A DNA stretch of 63,440 nucleotides, filler included. It is 10 parts of 10 records of this genome, joined end to end, with 100 filler letters (N's around TTAATTAATTAA, not from the genome) between each part and the next. Parts side by side here need not be neighbours in the genome. Positions count along the whole stretch, not along the records: positions 22,138 to 30,139 come from SRR20825010_5751; positions 30,240 to 36,819 come from SRR20825010_5756; 8 more parts are not named here. One strand, 5' to 3'. Each line of letters starts with the position of its first letter. Position 1 is the first letter of the stretch. A program made the position numbers and the translations under genes. Below, one piece after another: positions 25,101 to 34,879 of this stretch. The notes under the pieces are model-generated. The model saw only the letters and a program-made list of their open reading frames with translations, searched no databases and was not told the DNA's origin.

Positions 25101-25875
25101 ACAGCTGTTGTCGCGCTCCAATTCCCACTGCCGTCAGCTGTCGCCGTTGCGATGACCGTCGCGCCGTCATAGACATTCACTGTGGCGCCGATCTCGGCCG
25201 AGCCCACGAAAGTCAACGTGTTATCCCGCGTGATGCCGTCACCCGCGATATTCGTATCATCCAATACTGACGTCACACTCGGTGCATCCGGCGCCGTACT
25301 GTCTATCTCGACCGACATAACTGTGGACGCCGGACCCGCATTGCCAGCCGCATCTGTGGCAACGGCTGTGAGTTCATGTGCGCCGTCCTCAAGGATTGCA
25401 GTATCAAAGCTCCAGCGGCCTGTTCCATCCGCAATTGTGGTGCCCATAGACGTCGCGCCATCGAAAAGCTCGACCGTCGCATTTGCTTCCGCTGTGCCAG
25501 CCAATGTCAAGGCGCGATCCGATGTCAGGTTATCATTCGATACGCCTGTGTCGTCGCTGAAACTTGTAATGACCGGAGCGTCAGGCGGCGTCGCATCCAC
25601 AATCACTGTCACGGATGTTGAAAGCTCGCTCGTTGTGCCGCCATCGGCTGCCGCGACGCTGAACTCATGTTCACCATCGGCCAGTGCCGGAGTCGTAAAA
25701 CTCCAACTTCCGTCATCACCGGCTATCGTGGTTCCGATCTCCGTTTCTCGGTCGTAGACTGTGACCTCGGCACCGGCGTCCGCCGTGCCAGTCAGCACCA
25801 GCTCAGTGTCAGCGGTGATCCCGTCTCCAACCGCTCCTGTATCATCATCATAGCTATCAATGCTGGGGGTCGTCA
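22138..25875 (-). repeat. Tandem ~294-bp degenerate coding repeats (13 Ig-like units, last partial)
   Basis: Counted from the translation; the array runs into the gap. Confidence 0.85.
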
Positions 25876-26305
25876 GTGTTCGTGCGCCGTCTGTCACATC
25901 ATTGTAAGAACGTGTGCTTTCTTCTTCATTGACACTGCCATCCGTTCCGTTGCGCTGAGCATGCGATGATGTATCGAACTCTGTCAGGGCGCTCCCATCG
26001 TTTCTGGTATCATCCTGATCCCATTTCAGCAGATGCAAAAAACCATCCGGCAATGGCCCGTCAAGTGTCAGATCACTGATCGAAGCCGTACTGGACAGAA
26101 TATCGGCTCCCAGCCCGGCAATGCGCACAGTGCCTGCTTCACCTGTCAGAACAAGGTCGCCGCCCTCGGCTCTCAGATCGTCCACCCCTTCAAGGGTCAC
26201 CAGCTCCACCGTCACACCGTCCGGCACACTGAAGTTTTCACCCGCCTTGATGTTTACGAGGTCGGACGATCCGTCAGCCTTGGTCAGTTTCAGTACGATC
26301 TGCAT
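22138..26305 (-). CDS. Large Ig-like (Big) repeat adhesin, BapA/SiiE-like type I secretion substrate, 3' truncated
   Basis: No Sec signal; 12 complete plus one partial ~98-aa repeats DT.AP.AP.I..FS.DTG..GD..T.D.TLT.TGTAEAG...DAAGN.S; follows a TolC gene. Confidence 0.88.
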
Positions 26306-26351
26306 TTGCCCTACTCCAACTCAGTACAATTTCGAGGCGCTATTTCGTCAC

Positions 26352-27692
26352 TTACTTGGAAGCAACAACCATCGGTCCCAGCTCGCCCATAGCGGCAAGC
26401 AGGCGATAGGCCGAACGTAGTTTCGCTATCCGTGCTTCCAGCTCCGCGCGATAGGCCGTGCGTTCTTCATTCAGCACGAAAAACAAATCCAGAAGATCGC
26501 GCTGACCACCCACAAATTGCTGATCATAAACCCGCACCGTCTCGCTCGCGGCGAGGCGGCGACGCATCAGCACCGAATGCATGTCGCGGCTCGAACGATA
26601 TGTTTCCAATGCATCCAGCACATCGAGTCGAACTTTTCGTGCCACATCCTGAATGCGGATGTCCGCCGCTTTTTCACGCAGGTCAGCGGCATCGTAGTTG
26701 TAGATATCCCGACCGCCGGTGGCGAAGCGATAAGTCAGCCGAAAACCGGCGTAATAATCGTCATCCGGCCCCGTCACGCCTTCGATATTGCGTCCGTTGC
26801 GGGCTTTAAGCTCGGCATCCAGATGAGGCATCAGCTCAGATCGCGCGGCCTTGCGTTCGCCAATGGCTGCGACGGCTCGCGCACGCACAGCATTGAGTGC
26901 GGGGTGATGCAGGCTTGCACGGTCCAGCGCTGTTTCCGGTGTCAGCGTCACAACCTCAATTGGCTCTACCGGAGCCTGCAAGTTATCTGGAGCCACGCCC
27001 ACCAGTTCGCGATAGCGCGTCTCGGCCAGCGATTTCTCGCGCTCGGCTTCCAGCACCAGAAAACGTGCTTCTTCGGTCTCGCTATTGCCCACCACAGTGA
27101 GCGAGCGCAATCCGCGGTCTGCTTCGGCACGTTTTGAAATGCGTCCGGAAATTTCGAGCGCACGCTTTTCGTTCTCTTTCAGCAGAGCCACCAGTTCACG
27201 GGCTTCAAGCACCCGCAGATAGGCTTGTGCCGCATCAAAGGCGGTATTGTTCAACTCGCCTTTGGTTTCGAACTCTGCCGCCTTGGCGTCGGACTTGGCA
27301 GCGGCCACACGCGAAGATGTCTTGAAGCCGTCAAACAGAGGCTGTGTCAGCGTTAGGGAATACTCTTCCGCCGTCAGCGTCCGGTTAAGGGTTGTGCGCT
27401 CGGTCTTTTCGCGCCTCACCGATCCATCCAGCGCAAGTGTTGGAAAGTAGCCAGAGCGTTCCGCACTAACTTGTTTTTGCGCAGCTTGCGCTTCAAAAGC
27501 CTGGGCCTTCACGGCGGGATGCGTACGCATCGCCTCTGCCATTGCCTCGTCAATTGTTTGGGCTTGCGTGGTGGTGCTCATGGCCACCATCGCCACTAGC
27601 CATGCAAGTGCTGCCTTGCCCCAAAACAGACGCTTTGCCCGCTCGCCACTGACGTGCTTCTCGGCCCGCCACACCACATTTTCGTATTTCAT
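26352..27692 (-). CDS. TolC-family type I secretion outer membrane protein (LapE/AggA-like)
   Basis: Signal peptide ending AQA, SGYFPTL, LTQPLFDGFKT, QF..GQRDLLDL, YRLLAAMG. Confidence 0.87.
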   Translation of the reverse strand: MKYENVVWRAEKHVSGERAKRLFWGKAALAWLVAMVAMSTTTQAQTIDEAMAEAMRTHPAVKAQAFEAQAAQKQVSAERSGYFPTLALDGSVRREKTERTTLNRTLTAEEYSLTLTQPLFDGFKTSSRVAAAKSDAKAAEFETKGELNNTAFDAAQAYLRVLEARELVALLKENEKRALEISGRISKRAEADRGLRSLTVVGNSETEEARFLVLEAEREKSLAETRYRELVGVAPDNLQAPVEPIEVVTLTPETALDRASLHHPALNAVRARAVAAIGERKAARSELMPHLDAELKARNGRNIEGVTGPDDDYYAGFRLTYRFATGGRDIYNYDAADLREKAADIRIQDVARKVRLDVLDALETYRSSRDMHSVLMRRRLAASETVRVYDQQFVGGQRDLLDLFFVLNEERTAYRAELEARIAKLRSAYRLLAAMGELGPMVVASK

Positions 27693-27836
27693 AGTCGATT
27701 ACCCCAGCCGCAGAAAACTGCCTATGGAAGCAATCCATAGATAAGCGGGTATCAATTCAATAAAAAACAATTAAAATGCTTAATATTGACACGATAATTC
27801 ATAGATCAGATATAGTATAACTAATATACAATCTGT

Positions 27837-27875
27837 TATTTTCTTTATGAATACTTTATATTCACAAAATGAATA
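27837..27875. promoter_or_regulatory. Tandem LysR-type operator sites
   Basis: TATTTT-cttta-TGAATA (27837-27853) and perfect TATTCA-caaaa-TGAATA (27859-27875), 22 bp apart, in an AT-rich divergent promoter region. Confidence 0.65.
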
Positions 27876-28006
27876 GTCTTCTACGTTCAAAAGCGGAAGA
27901 TAGATGAACACATCTGGCGGCTCGCACTTGCAGTCCTATGTCTGCCGCACAACTCTTGTGGTATGGAGGTGGCGTTTCATCATTGAAATTGAGGGAGGTG
28001 CGAAGC

Positions 28007-28948
28007 GTGAATTTCCGTGAGCTGGATCTGAATCTGCTACTCGTTTTCAATGCGATTTTCTCCGAGCGCAGCATCAGCAAAGCAGCGCGGACACTTGGTA
28101 TGTCGCAGCCTGCCGTCAGCAATGCGCTGCGCCGTTTACGCGACTTTACGGGCGACACCTTGTTCTACAAGTCGGGAACCGGCGTCGCGCCGACACGTGC
28201 CGCACTCACATTAGCTATTCCGATCAGCCATGCGCTGGATACTGTCGAACGCGGCCTCACGTCGGTGCGCAGCTTTGATCCGCAGACCTCACATCGCACC
28301 TTCAAAGTGGGCGTCACGGATATCACCAACCCTATGGTCACCCCCGCCTTGGTCAGTCTTACGCGGCGAATAGCGCCGAATGTCCAATTGGAATTTGTAG
28401 CCCAGCCCGGAACAGGTTCACGCGAGGCGCTTAAACGTGGCGACTATGAAATCGGATTTCTATCCACCTTCGCGCTGGATAATGAAATCATATCCGAAGT
28501 TGTATGGAACGAACCTTTTACACTCATCGTCAGCCGCAATAATCCCCTAGCCGCAAATCTCACACCGAGCATTGAAGATGTCAGAAGCATGGAATTTGTG
28601 ATGACAACGCATGTTCCGGCTCTTCGTGATGCGATAGATGCGGTGTTCCAAATGAATGGCATCAACAGGAAAGTCGTCTGCACTGTGGCCGACACACAGA
28701 GCCTCTATCCGTTGGTATCCACATCAGACCTCGCAGCTTGTGTCGGCCGCACCATGGCAGAACACTATAATCAGGACGGGAGTCTTGTTTTTCTTGACCT
28801 GCCATTCGATCTTGGGCGCGCTGAAGCCAATGTTGTTTGGACCGCCTCATCAAATGATGATGATGGTCACCGATGGCTTCGCGAACATGTGATAGAAATA
28901 CTGCGAAGCGCCTTCCGCCTACATTCGCGCATGGGCAACCAGACATAG
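28007..28948 (+). CDS. LysR-family transcriptional regulator (NodD/NahR/LeuO-like)
   Basis: LDLNLLLVF...SISKAA..LGMSQPAVSNALRRLR HTH, FDP.TS.RTF, D.GHRWLRE; start set at GTG 28007 after GGAGGT. Confidence 0.92.
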   Translation: MNFRELDLNLLLVFNAIFSERSISKAARTLGMSQPAVSNALRRLRDFTGDTLFYKSGTGVAPTRAALTLAIPISHALDTVERGLTSVRSFDPQTSHRTFKVGVTDITNPMVTPALVSLTRRIAPNVQLEFVAQPGTGSREALKRGDYEIGFLSTFALDNEIISEVVWNEPFTLIVSRNNPLAANLTPSIEDVRSMEFVMTTHVPALRDAIDAVFQMNGINRKVVCTVADTQSLYPLVSTSDLAACVGRTMAEHYNQDGSLVFLDLPFDLGRAEANVVWTASSNDDDGHRWLREHVIEILRSAFRLHSRMGNQT

Positions 28949-28989
28949 TGAGCCTGCCGCTCGGCTCATCGGCCACGGAGATTGAAACC

Positions 28990-29982
28990 TTGATCGAAAA
29001 ACGTCGTATCGCAGATTTTGATGTTTCGGCCATTGGCCTTGGTTGCATGAGCCTGTCTCACTCCTATGGTCCGCCGCCACCGGAAGATCAGGCCGAGCGC
29101 GTGCTGCTTGGCGCATTGGATGCTGGATACACATTCTTCGACACCGCCGCGGTCTACGGGCTGGGCCATAATGAGCGTCTTGTCGGCCGCGTGCTGAAGC
29201 CCCATCGCGACAAGATTGTGCTCGCATCCAAATGCGGCATGACCAATGGCGAGGAGCGCGACCTCAATGGCGCGCCCGAGCGTTTGAAGGAGACTTGTGA
29301 AGAGAGCCTCACCCGCCTCGGCGTCGATGTAATCGACCTCTATTATCTACATCGTTGGGACAAGAGCATCCCGATAGAAGAAAGCGTCGGCGCGCTGGCC
29401 GATCTCGTCAGGGACGGCAAGATCCGTTCAATCGGTTTATCGGAGGTGGGTGCGGTCAATCTGCGCAAAGCCCATGCGGTTCATCCCGTCGCAGCCTTGC
29501 AGACCGAATATTCGCCGTGGACGCGCAATCCCGAGATAGCGGTGCTGGATGCTTGCCGCGAACTCGGCGTTACCTTTGTCGCTTTCAGCCCTGTCGCGCG
29601 CGGCTTTCTGGCAGGCGGGGCCAGCGATCCGGAAAAATTCGGCAAAGGTGATTTCCGCAAAGCCATGCCACGCTTTCAGGGCGATGCGCTCGCCGCAAAC
29701 CTCAAATTGCTGGATGCGTTTTCCGCGCTTGCCCGCGATGCGGGATGCACCCCCGCGCAATTGTGTCTCGCATGGCTCATGCATAAGGACCCGACCATCG
29801 TGTCTATTCCGGGCACGTCGAATCCTGAACATATGATCGAGAATGCAGATGCGGCTGGCGTGACGCTCTCGGCTGAGCAAATGTCGAGGGTAGAAGAATT
29901 GGTCAACGAACGTACTGTTGTCGGCGGACGCTACCCCGATGCTATGCAGGCAACGGTAGACACCGAGGACTGGCCGTCCTGA
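28990..29982 (+). CDS. Aldo/keto reductase
   Basis: VSAIGLGCM, FDTAAVYG, IDLYYLHR, IGLSE, LQTEYS, IPGT; start set at TTG 28990 after GGAG. Confidence 0.92.
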   Translation: MIEKRRIADFDVSAIGLGCMSLSHSYGPPPPEDQAERVLLGALDAGYTFFDTAAVYGLGHNERLVGRVLKPHRDKIVLASKCGMTNGEERDLNGAPERLKETCEESLTRLGVDVIDLYYLHRWDKSIPIEESVGALADLVRDGKIRSIGLSEVGAVNLRKAHAVHPVAALQTEYSPWTRNPEIAVLDACRELGVTFVAFSPVARGFLAGGASDPEKFGKGDFRKAMPRFQGDALAANLKLLDAFSALARDAGCTPAQLCLAWLMHKDPTIVSIPGTSNPEHMIENADAAGVTLSAEQMSRVEELVNERTVVGGRYPDAMQATVDTEDWPS

Positions 29983-30139
29983 CAGCCGCCTATTTGCTGC
30001 TCTCCTGAACCACCCGCTGCACGGTCCGGTGTGCAGGGAAGCACGCAGAGAGCTTCGTGCCCCTATCGCGCGCGCTGTCAATTTCCAGCGCGCCTTCATG
30101 CAGTTCGAGCAAAGAACGACAGATTGGTAGCCCCAGTCC

Positions 30140-30239
30140 NNNNNNNNNNNNNNNNNNNNNNNNNNNNNNNNNNNNNNNNNNNNTTAATTAATTAANNNNN
30201 NNNNNNNNNNNNNNNNNNNNNNNNNNNNNNNNNNNNNNN
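30140..30239. other. Artificial contig spacer
   Basis: 44 N + TTAATTAATTAA + 44 N. Confidence 0.98.
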
Positions 30240-30818
<579 letters not shown>

Positions 30819-30960
30819 GGGCGGTAAAATGCGTGCATGGAGGTGCAAAGGCAAGCCGAATCGGCGGAAAGCAGCCATGCTGCAACCGCGTATCTCGCGC
30901 GCCCGGGAAGGGAGAGGGGAAGCGTCACGCGGCCCGTGACGCTTCGATCCGGGCCGAAGC

Positions 30961-31473
30961 CTATTTCCCGCACTTCCCGTCGATCAGCTTCTTGGTCGCA
31001 GTGAAGCCGCTGAGGGAATAGGTGTCCGCCGTCTTGGTGCCGCGCGAGGACACACCGCTCACCATCATCTTGCTACCCTTGATCATCGCCGCCACGATGG
31101 AGCTGTCCGTTTTGGCATCAGGCGCCCAGGCCCGGTCCTTGTCGGTGAAGAGCGAGAATTTCTGCCCGCCGATTTCGACCTCGACCTCACTATCGGTCTT
31201 GTAGGTGTAGCCGGTGACGATACTGAACTCGCCCTGGCTGTCCGCATCCGGGTGATGGGTAACCAGCGCGTAAATGTGGCCGCGCTTCGAATAATTGCCT
31301 TCGGCCTTTGTTGGCGTGCTCGCCATGTAACAGACCGTCTTGCCGCCACTTTGATAGGTGTAGGCAATCCAGTCGCTGTTGCGGCCGATGGTTTGCGGCT
31401 CCTGTGCGGAAGCCGTTGTGGTCACGCCGACAGCAAGGGCGAGACCGAGCAAAAGCAAGCGGAAGTGCGTCAT
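30961..31473 (-). CDS. Invasion-associated locus B (IalB) family periplasmic protein
   Basis: Signal peptide, DW..Y...VCY, AM.KG, SSRGT.T.DTYSLSGFTA...C; usual neighbour of rlmN in Alphaproteobacteria. Confidence 0.8.
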   Translation of the reverse strand: MTHFRLLLLGLALAVGVTTTASAQEPQTIGRNSDWIAYTYQSGGKTVCYMASTPTKAEGNYSKRGHIYALVTHHPDADSQGEFSIVTGYTYKTDSEVEVEIGGQKFSLFTDKDRAWAPDAKTDSSIVAAMIKGSKMMVSGVSSRGTKTADTYSLSGFTATKKLIDGKCGK

Positions 31474-31602
31474 GGTGATTGAGCCAGCCATTCCGGTTTT
31501 CATATCTGAGGTTTTGGATGCCATCCCGGCGTCGAATATTCAATGCAAAGAATGTGGCGGGATTGAGAAGTCGGCAGGAAATCGAGAAATTTTCCGGCCG
31601 AA

Positions 31603-31630
31603 TGATCCACTCCCAGGCTGCAAGCGTATC
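31603..31630 (+). promoter_or_regulatory. RpoE (ECF11)-dependent autoregulatory promoter
   Basis: TGATCC-N16-CGTATC upstream of rpoE-chrR, matching the Rhodobacter sigmaE-type -35/-10 consensus. Confidence 0.75.
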
Positions 31631-31729
31631 TTCACCATCATGTTAGAGCAAGCCACCCTCGCACGCACCCACCCCATGCTTGAGTCCCGATGCTTCGGGA
31701 CGGTACAACCAAATCAAGCACGAAAGAGG

Positions 31730-32290
31730 ATGGACCGACTTCCCTTGGACATGACGCATGACGACCTGATCGAAGCCATTGCCGGGAGCCAGGACAAAAC
31801 AGCTTTCCGGCAGCTCTTCGAACATTTTGCGCCGCGCCTGAAATCGTACCTCCTGAGGCTCGGTGCGGACGCGGCAATGGCGGAAGACGTCGCCCAGGAA
31901 GCGATGGTCATGGTCTGGCGCAAGGCTGCGAGCTTCGATCGCAGGCAGGCTGGCGCGAGCACATGGATTTTCACCATCGCCCGGAACAAGCGGATCGACC
32001 GGCTGCGCCGCGAGAAACGCCCCGAACTCGATCCGGACGACCCCGGACTGATACCGGTGGCGGAACCCGCGCCGGACCGGTCTCTGCAGGATGGTCAGGC
32101 ACGGCAGCGCATTGCATCCGCCATGCAGGTTCTGCCCGACGAGCAGGCAGAATTGATACGCCGCGCTTTTTTTGACGATGAACCCCATAGCCGGATCGCG
32201 GAGGAAAGCGGTCTGCCACTGGGAACGGTTAAATCACGCATCCGTCTGGCCCTGACACGGCTCAGGCACGAGATGAAGGATTTTGAGTAA
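31730..32290 (+). CDS. rpoE: ECF sigma factor RpoE (ChrR-associated)
   Basis: AEDVAQE..VWRKA..FD, TWIFTIARNKRIDRLR, LPLGTVKSRIRLAL; start uncertain (in-frame ATGs at 31640, 31730, 31751). Confidence 0.9.
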   Translation: MDRLPLDMTHDDLIEAIAGSQDKTAFRQLFEHFAPRLKSYLLRLGADAAMAEDVAQEAMVMVWRKAASFDRRQAGASTWIFTIARNKRIDRLRREKRPELDPDDPGLIPVAEPAPDRSLQDGQARQRIASAMQVLPDEQAELIRRAFFDDEPHSRIAEESGLPLGTVKSRIRLALTRLRHEMKDFE

Positions 32291-32292
32291 CG

Positions 32293-33000
32293 ATGGCTGA
32301 AGCAAAACCCGACCGCGACAGCAGCTCCGGCGAGGATCTGTTGCTCGACTATGCAAGCGGCGCACTGGCCGAACCGGTCTCGGTGCTCGTTGCCACGATG
32401 CTCGCCCTGCGTCCGGACCTGCGCCGGACAGTCTCCGAAATGGAGGAAGTGGGCGGCTATCTGCTGGAAGAAATCGAACCGGCGGCACTCTCCAACGATG
32501 CCTTCGATAACGTGCTAGCGCTGATCGACGCGGATGACAGCCCGGCGAATGATATCCTGGCCACGGCCGCCAATGATGATGCCATTACGGCATTCGATGA
32601 AACGACACGCGCCACCGTCCCGGAGCCGCTCCGTACCTATCTCGGAAAATCACTTTCCGGCCTTTCCTGGCGCAAGCTCGGGCCCGGCATCGAGGAATAC
32701 CGGCTGCCGGTGACGGACAAACGCTTCGAGATATCGGTATTCCGCTTCGGCCCCGGCCGCACCGTACCCACGCACAGCCACGAAGGCAGCGAGCTGACCC
32801 TGGTCCTGGACGGCGCCTTCAGCGACGCCACGGGCCGGTATGGACGCGGCGATCTGGCGGTGAATAACGAAGAAAACCACCACGCACCGGTCGCCGACGA
32901 CAGGGATGGATGCCTCTGTCTTTCGGTCACCGGCGGACCGCTGCGTTTCAGCAATCCCCTGATCCAGTTGTACAACCGGATTACACGGGGCAGAGCCTAG
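32293..33000 (+). CDS. chrR: Anti-sigma factor ChrR with C-terminal cupin domain
   Basis: LL.YASG.L..VSVLVAT anti-sigma domain, cupin PTHSHEGSELTLVLDGAF...H.P.A...CLCL; immediately after rpoE. Confidence 0.9.
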   Translation: MAEAKPDRDSSSGEDLLLDYASGALAEPVSVLVATMLALRPDLRRTVSEMEEVGGYLLEEIEPAALSNDAFDNVLALIDADDSPANDILATAANDDAITAFDETTRATVPEPLRTYLGKSLSGLSWRKLGPGIEEYRLPVTDKRFEISVFRFGPGRTVPTHSHEGSELTLVLDGAFSDATGRYGRGDLAVNNEENHHAPVADDRDGCLCLSVTGGPLRFSNPLIQLYNRITRGRA

Positions 33001-33578
33001 CCCTCGCTCTCCGCGGCCTTTGCAGCCGCAGCTTGCCGTTTCCGGTTCTTCCGGACCCAAAGCGGCGGCCCGAAGCTCGGGACCTTTTCCGGTTGGGGTT
33101 CCGTCGGCCCGCCCGGCATGACCGGGCGGCGGGCGAAATTGCCGGTGGATTGCAGCCGGTCATACATCACCAGCGCACCGGCAAGCCCGACATTAAGCGA
33201 GAACTTGGTCGGGATCTTCACGATGTGATCGCAGCGCGCCACCATCTCTTCGGAGAGACCGCCGCGTTCCGGGCCGAGCACATAGGCAGCGATCTTTGGG
33301 TGATGGAAACTCGGCAACTCGACCGCGTCGTCGGTGATCTCGATACCGACCAGGGCGCAGCCTTTCGGCAGCAGCATGGTGCCGACCGTATCGAACTCAT
33401 AGAACGGCAAGCTGCCCGCAGTGCCGGACGTGTCCGTCTGCTTGAGCTCATGCACCGAGAGCGCCGCCTGGACGCTGAAGACAAAACTGGCGCCGAAAGC
33501 GTGCGCCGTTCTGTAGATCGCGCCGACATTACGGGATTTACTGATCCCCTCGACGCCCATTCCGAAATATCCTCGCAT
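32997..33578 (-). CDS. SpoU/TrmH-family RNA methyltransferase
   Basis: NVGAIYRTAHAFGA, YVLGPERGGLS, SLNVGLAG SPOUT motifs; start trimmed to MRGYFG. Confidence 0.88.
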   Translation of the reverse strand: MRGYFGMGVEGISKSRNVGAIYRTAHAFGASFVFSVQAALSVHELKQTDTSGTAGSLPFYEFDTVGTMLLPKGCALVGIEITDDAVELPSFHHPKIAAYVLGPERGGLSEEMVARCDHIVKIPTKFSLNVGLAGALVMYDRLQSTGNFARRPVMPGGPTEPQPEKVPSFGPPLWVRKNRKRQAAAAKAAESEG

Positions 33579-33694
33579 GGCGTCTCTGTTGCACAAACCC
33601 GTGCTCCAAGGCAAGTTGCCTTGAATGTCAGTGTACCAACGTCAATGCACCGGCCCCAAGAGCCGGGAAAACATGACAGATCAGGAGACGCCTC

Positions 33695-34756
33695 ATGAGC
33701 CCGGACAGCCTCGCCGCTGACGACCGTATCGTGCGCACCCATATCTCGGAAGCCGATGCGGCTCCCCTGCTCATCGAAATCACCCGCGGCGACATGGTGG
33801 AATCCGTACATCGCGGGATCGTTTCCGTCGTCGATGCACAGGGCAAGGACGTGCTGTCCCTCGGCGATATAGAACGGCCGACCTACCCGCGCTCCGCCAT
33901 CAAGCCCTTCCAGACCCTGCCGGTGATCGAAAGCGGCGCGGCCGATGCCTTTAATCTGAGCGAGGCGGAAATCGCGCTGTGCTGTGCCTCCCATCGCGGC
34001 GAGCCGATCCACACGGACAAGGTCGTCCCCTGGCTCGAGCGCCTCGGCCTGAGCGTCGATGATCTGGAATGCGGCCCGCAACTGCCCTTCCATGAAGAAT
34101 CGGCGCATGCGTTGATCAGGGCCGGAACCGAGCCGACACGCGCCCATAACAACTGCTCCGGCAAGCATTCCGGCATGCTGACCACCGCCGTGCATCTGGG
34201 CGAGCCGATCAAGGGCTACACCGAAGCGGATCATCCCGTTCAGACCCGCCTGATCGATCTGATCGGAGAAATGGGCGAGATGGACCTCTCCCGGTCCGCG
34301 CGCGGCGTCGATGGCTGCGGCATTCCGGTTTTCGGTGCCCCTCTGCACGGTATCGCCTATGCCATGGCCCGCCTCGCGGCACCGGATGCACTCGGTGCCG
34401 ACCGGGCAGCCGCCTGCCGCCGGATCGTCAAAGCCTGCGCCAACAATCCGCTGATGCTCTCCGGCACCGGCGCGTTCAATTCCGTTGTGCTGGCGGAGAC
34501 CGGCGAGACCTGCCTGCTCAAGGGCGGGGCCGAGGGTTATTACACGGCAGCTCTGCCGGAAAAAGGCCTTGGCGTTGCGATCAAGATCGACGATGGCGCC
34601 GGCCGGGCAGCCGAAGCCGCGGTTCTTGCCGTGCTCATCCGGCTCGGCGTGATCGATGACGCACAGAAAGCCCGCATCGAAGCCGCATGCTCGCCGGAAG
34701 TCCGGAACTGGGCCGGCCGGCTGGTTGGGTTCATCCGGCCAACGCCCGCTTTCTGA
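33695..34756 (+). CDS. L-asparaginase II, Rhizobium etli-type (class 3)
   Basis: RG..VESVH.G, RSAIKPFQ, ASH.GE..H, NNCSGKH, DGCGIP, KGGAEG, KIDDG. Confidence 0.88.
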   Translation: MSPDSLAADDRIVRTHISEADAAPLLIEITRGDMVESVHRGIVSVVDAQGKDVLSLGDIERPTYPRSAIKPFQTLPVIESGAADAFNLSEAEIALCCASHRGEPIHTDKVVPWLERLGLSVDDLECGPQLPFHEESAHALIRAGTEPTRAHNNCSGKHSGMLTTAVHLGEPIKGYTEADHPVQTRLIDLIGEMGEMDLSRSARGVDGCGIPVFGAPLHGIAYAMARLAAPDALGADRAAACRRIVKACANNPLMLSGTGAFNSVVLAETGETCLLKGGAEGYYTAALPEKGLGVAIKIDDGAGRAAEAAVLAVLIRLGVIDDAQKARIEAACSPEVRNWAGRLVGFIRPTPAF

Positions 34757-34879
34757 GCGACTCCCTGGCGCTGTGGTAATGACCACTGGCCATGGAGCCT
34801 GCTTCGGGCAAATATAATTTAACGATATTTAAGCGATCTTGGCTTCTTATCGTCCGGTGGATAATTAGGATCCGGGGCC

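Noticed and set aside
22138-25875. Repeats as a CRISPR array or diversity-generating element
   Set aside because: They are long degenerate in-frame coding units, with no short identical repeats, cas genes or reverse transcriptase.
33218-34786. 522-aa minus-strand ORF
   Set aside because: Antisense shadow of the asparaginase gene running off-frame into the SpoU gene; no domain features.
34819-34832. CtrA-like box before the RTX protease
   Set aside because: TTAA-N6-TTAA; the canonical spacing is N7.
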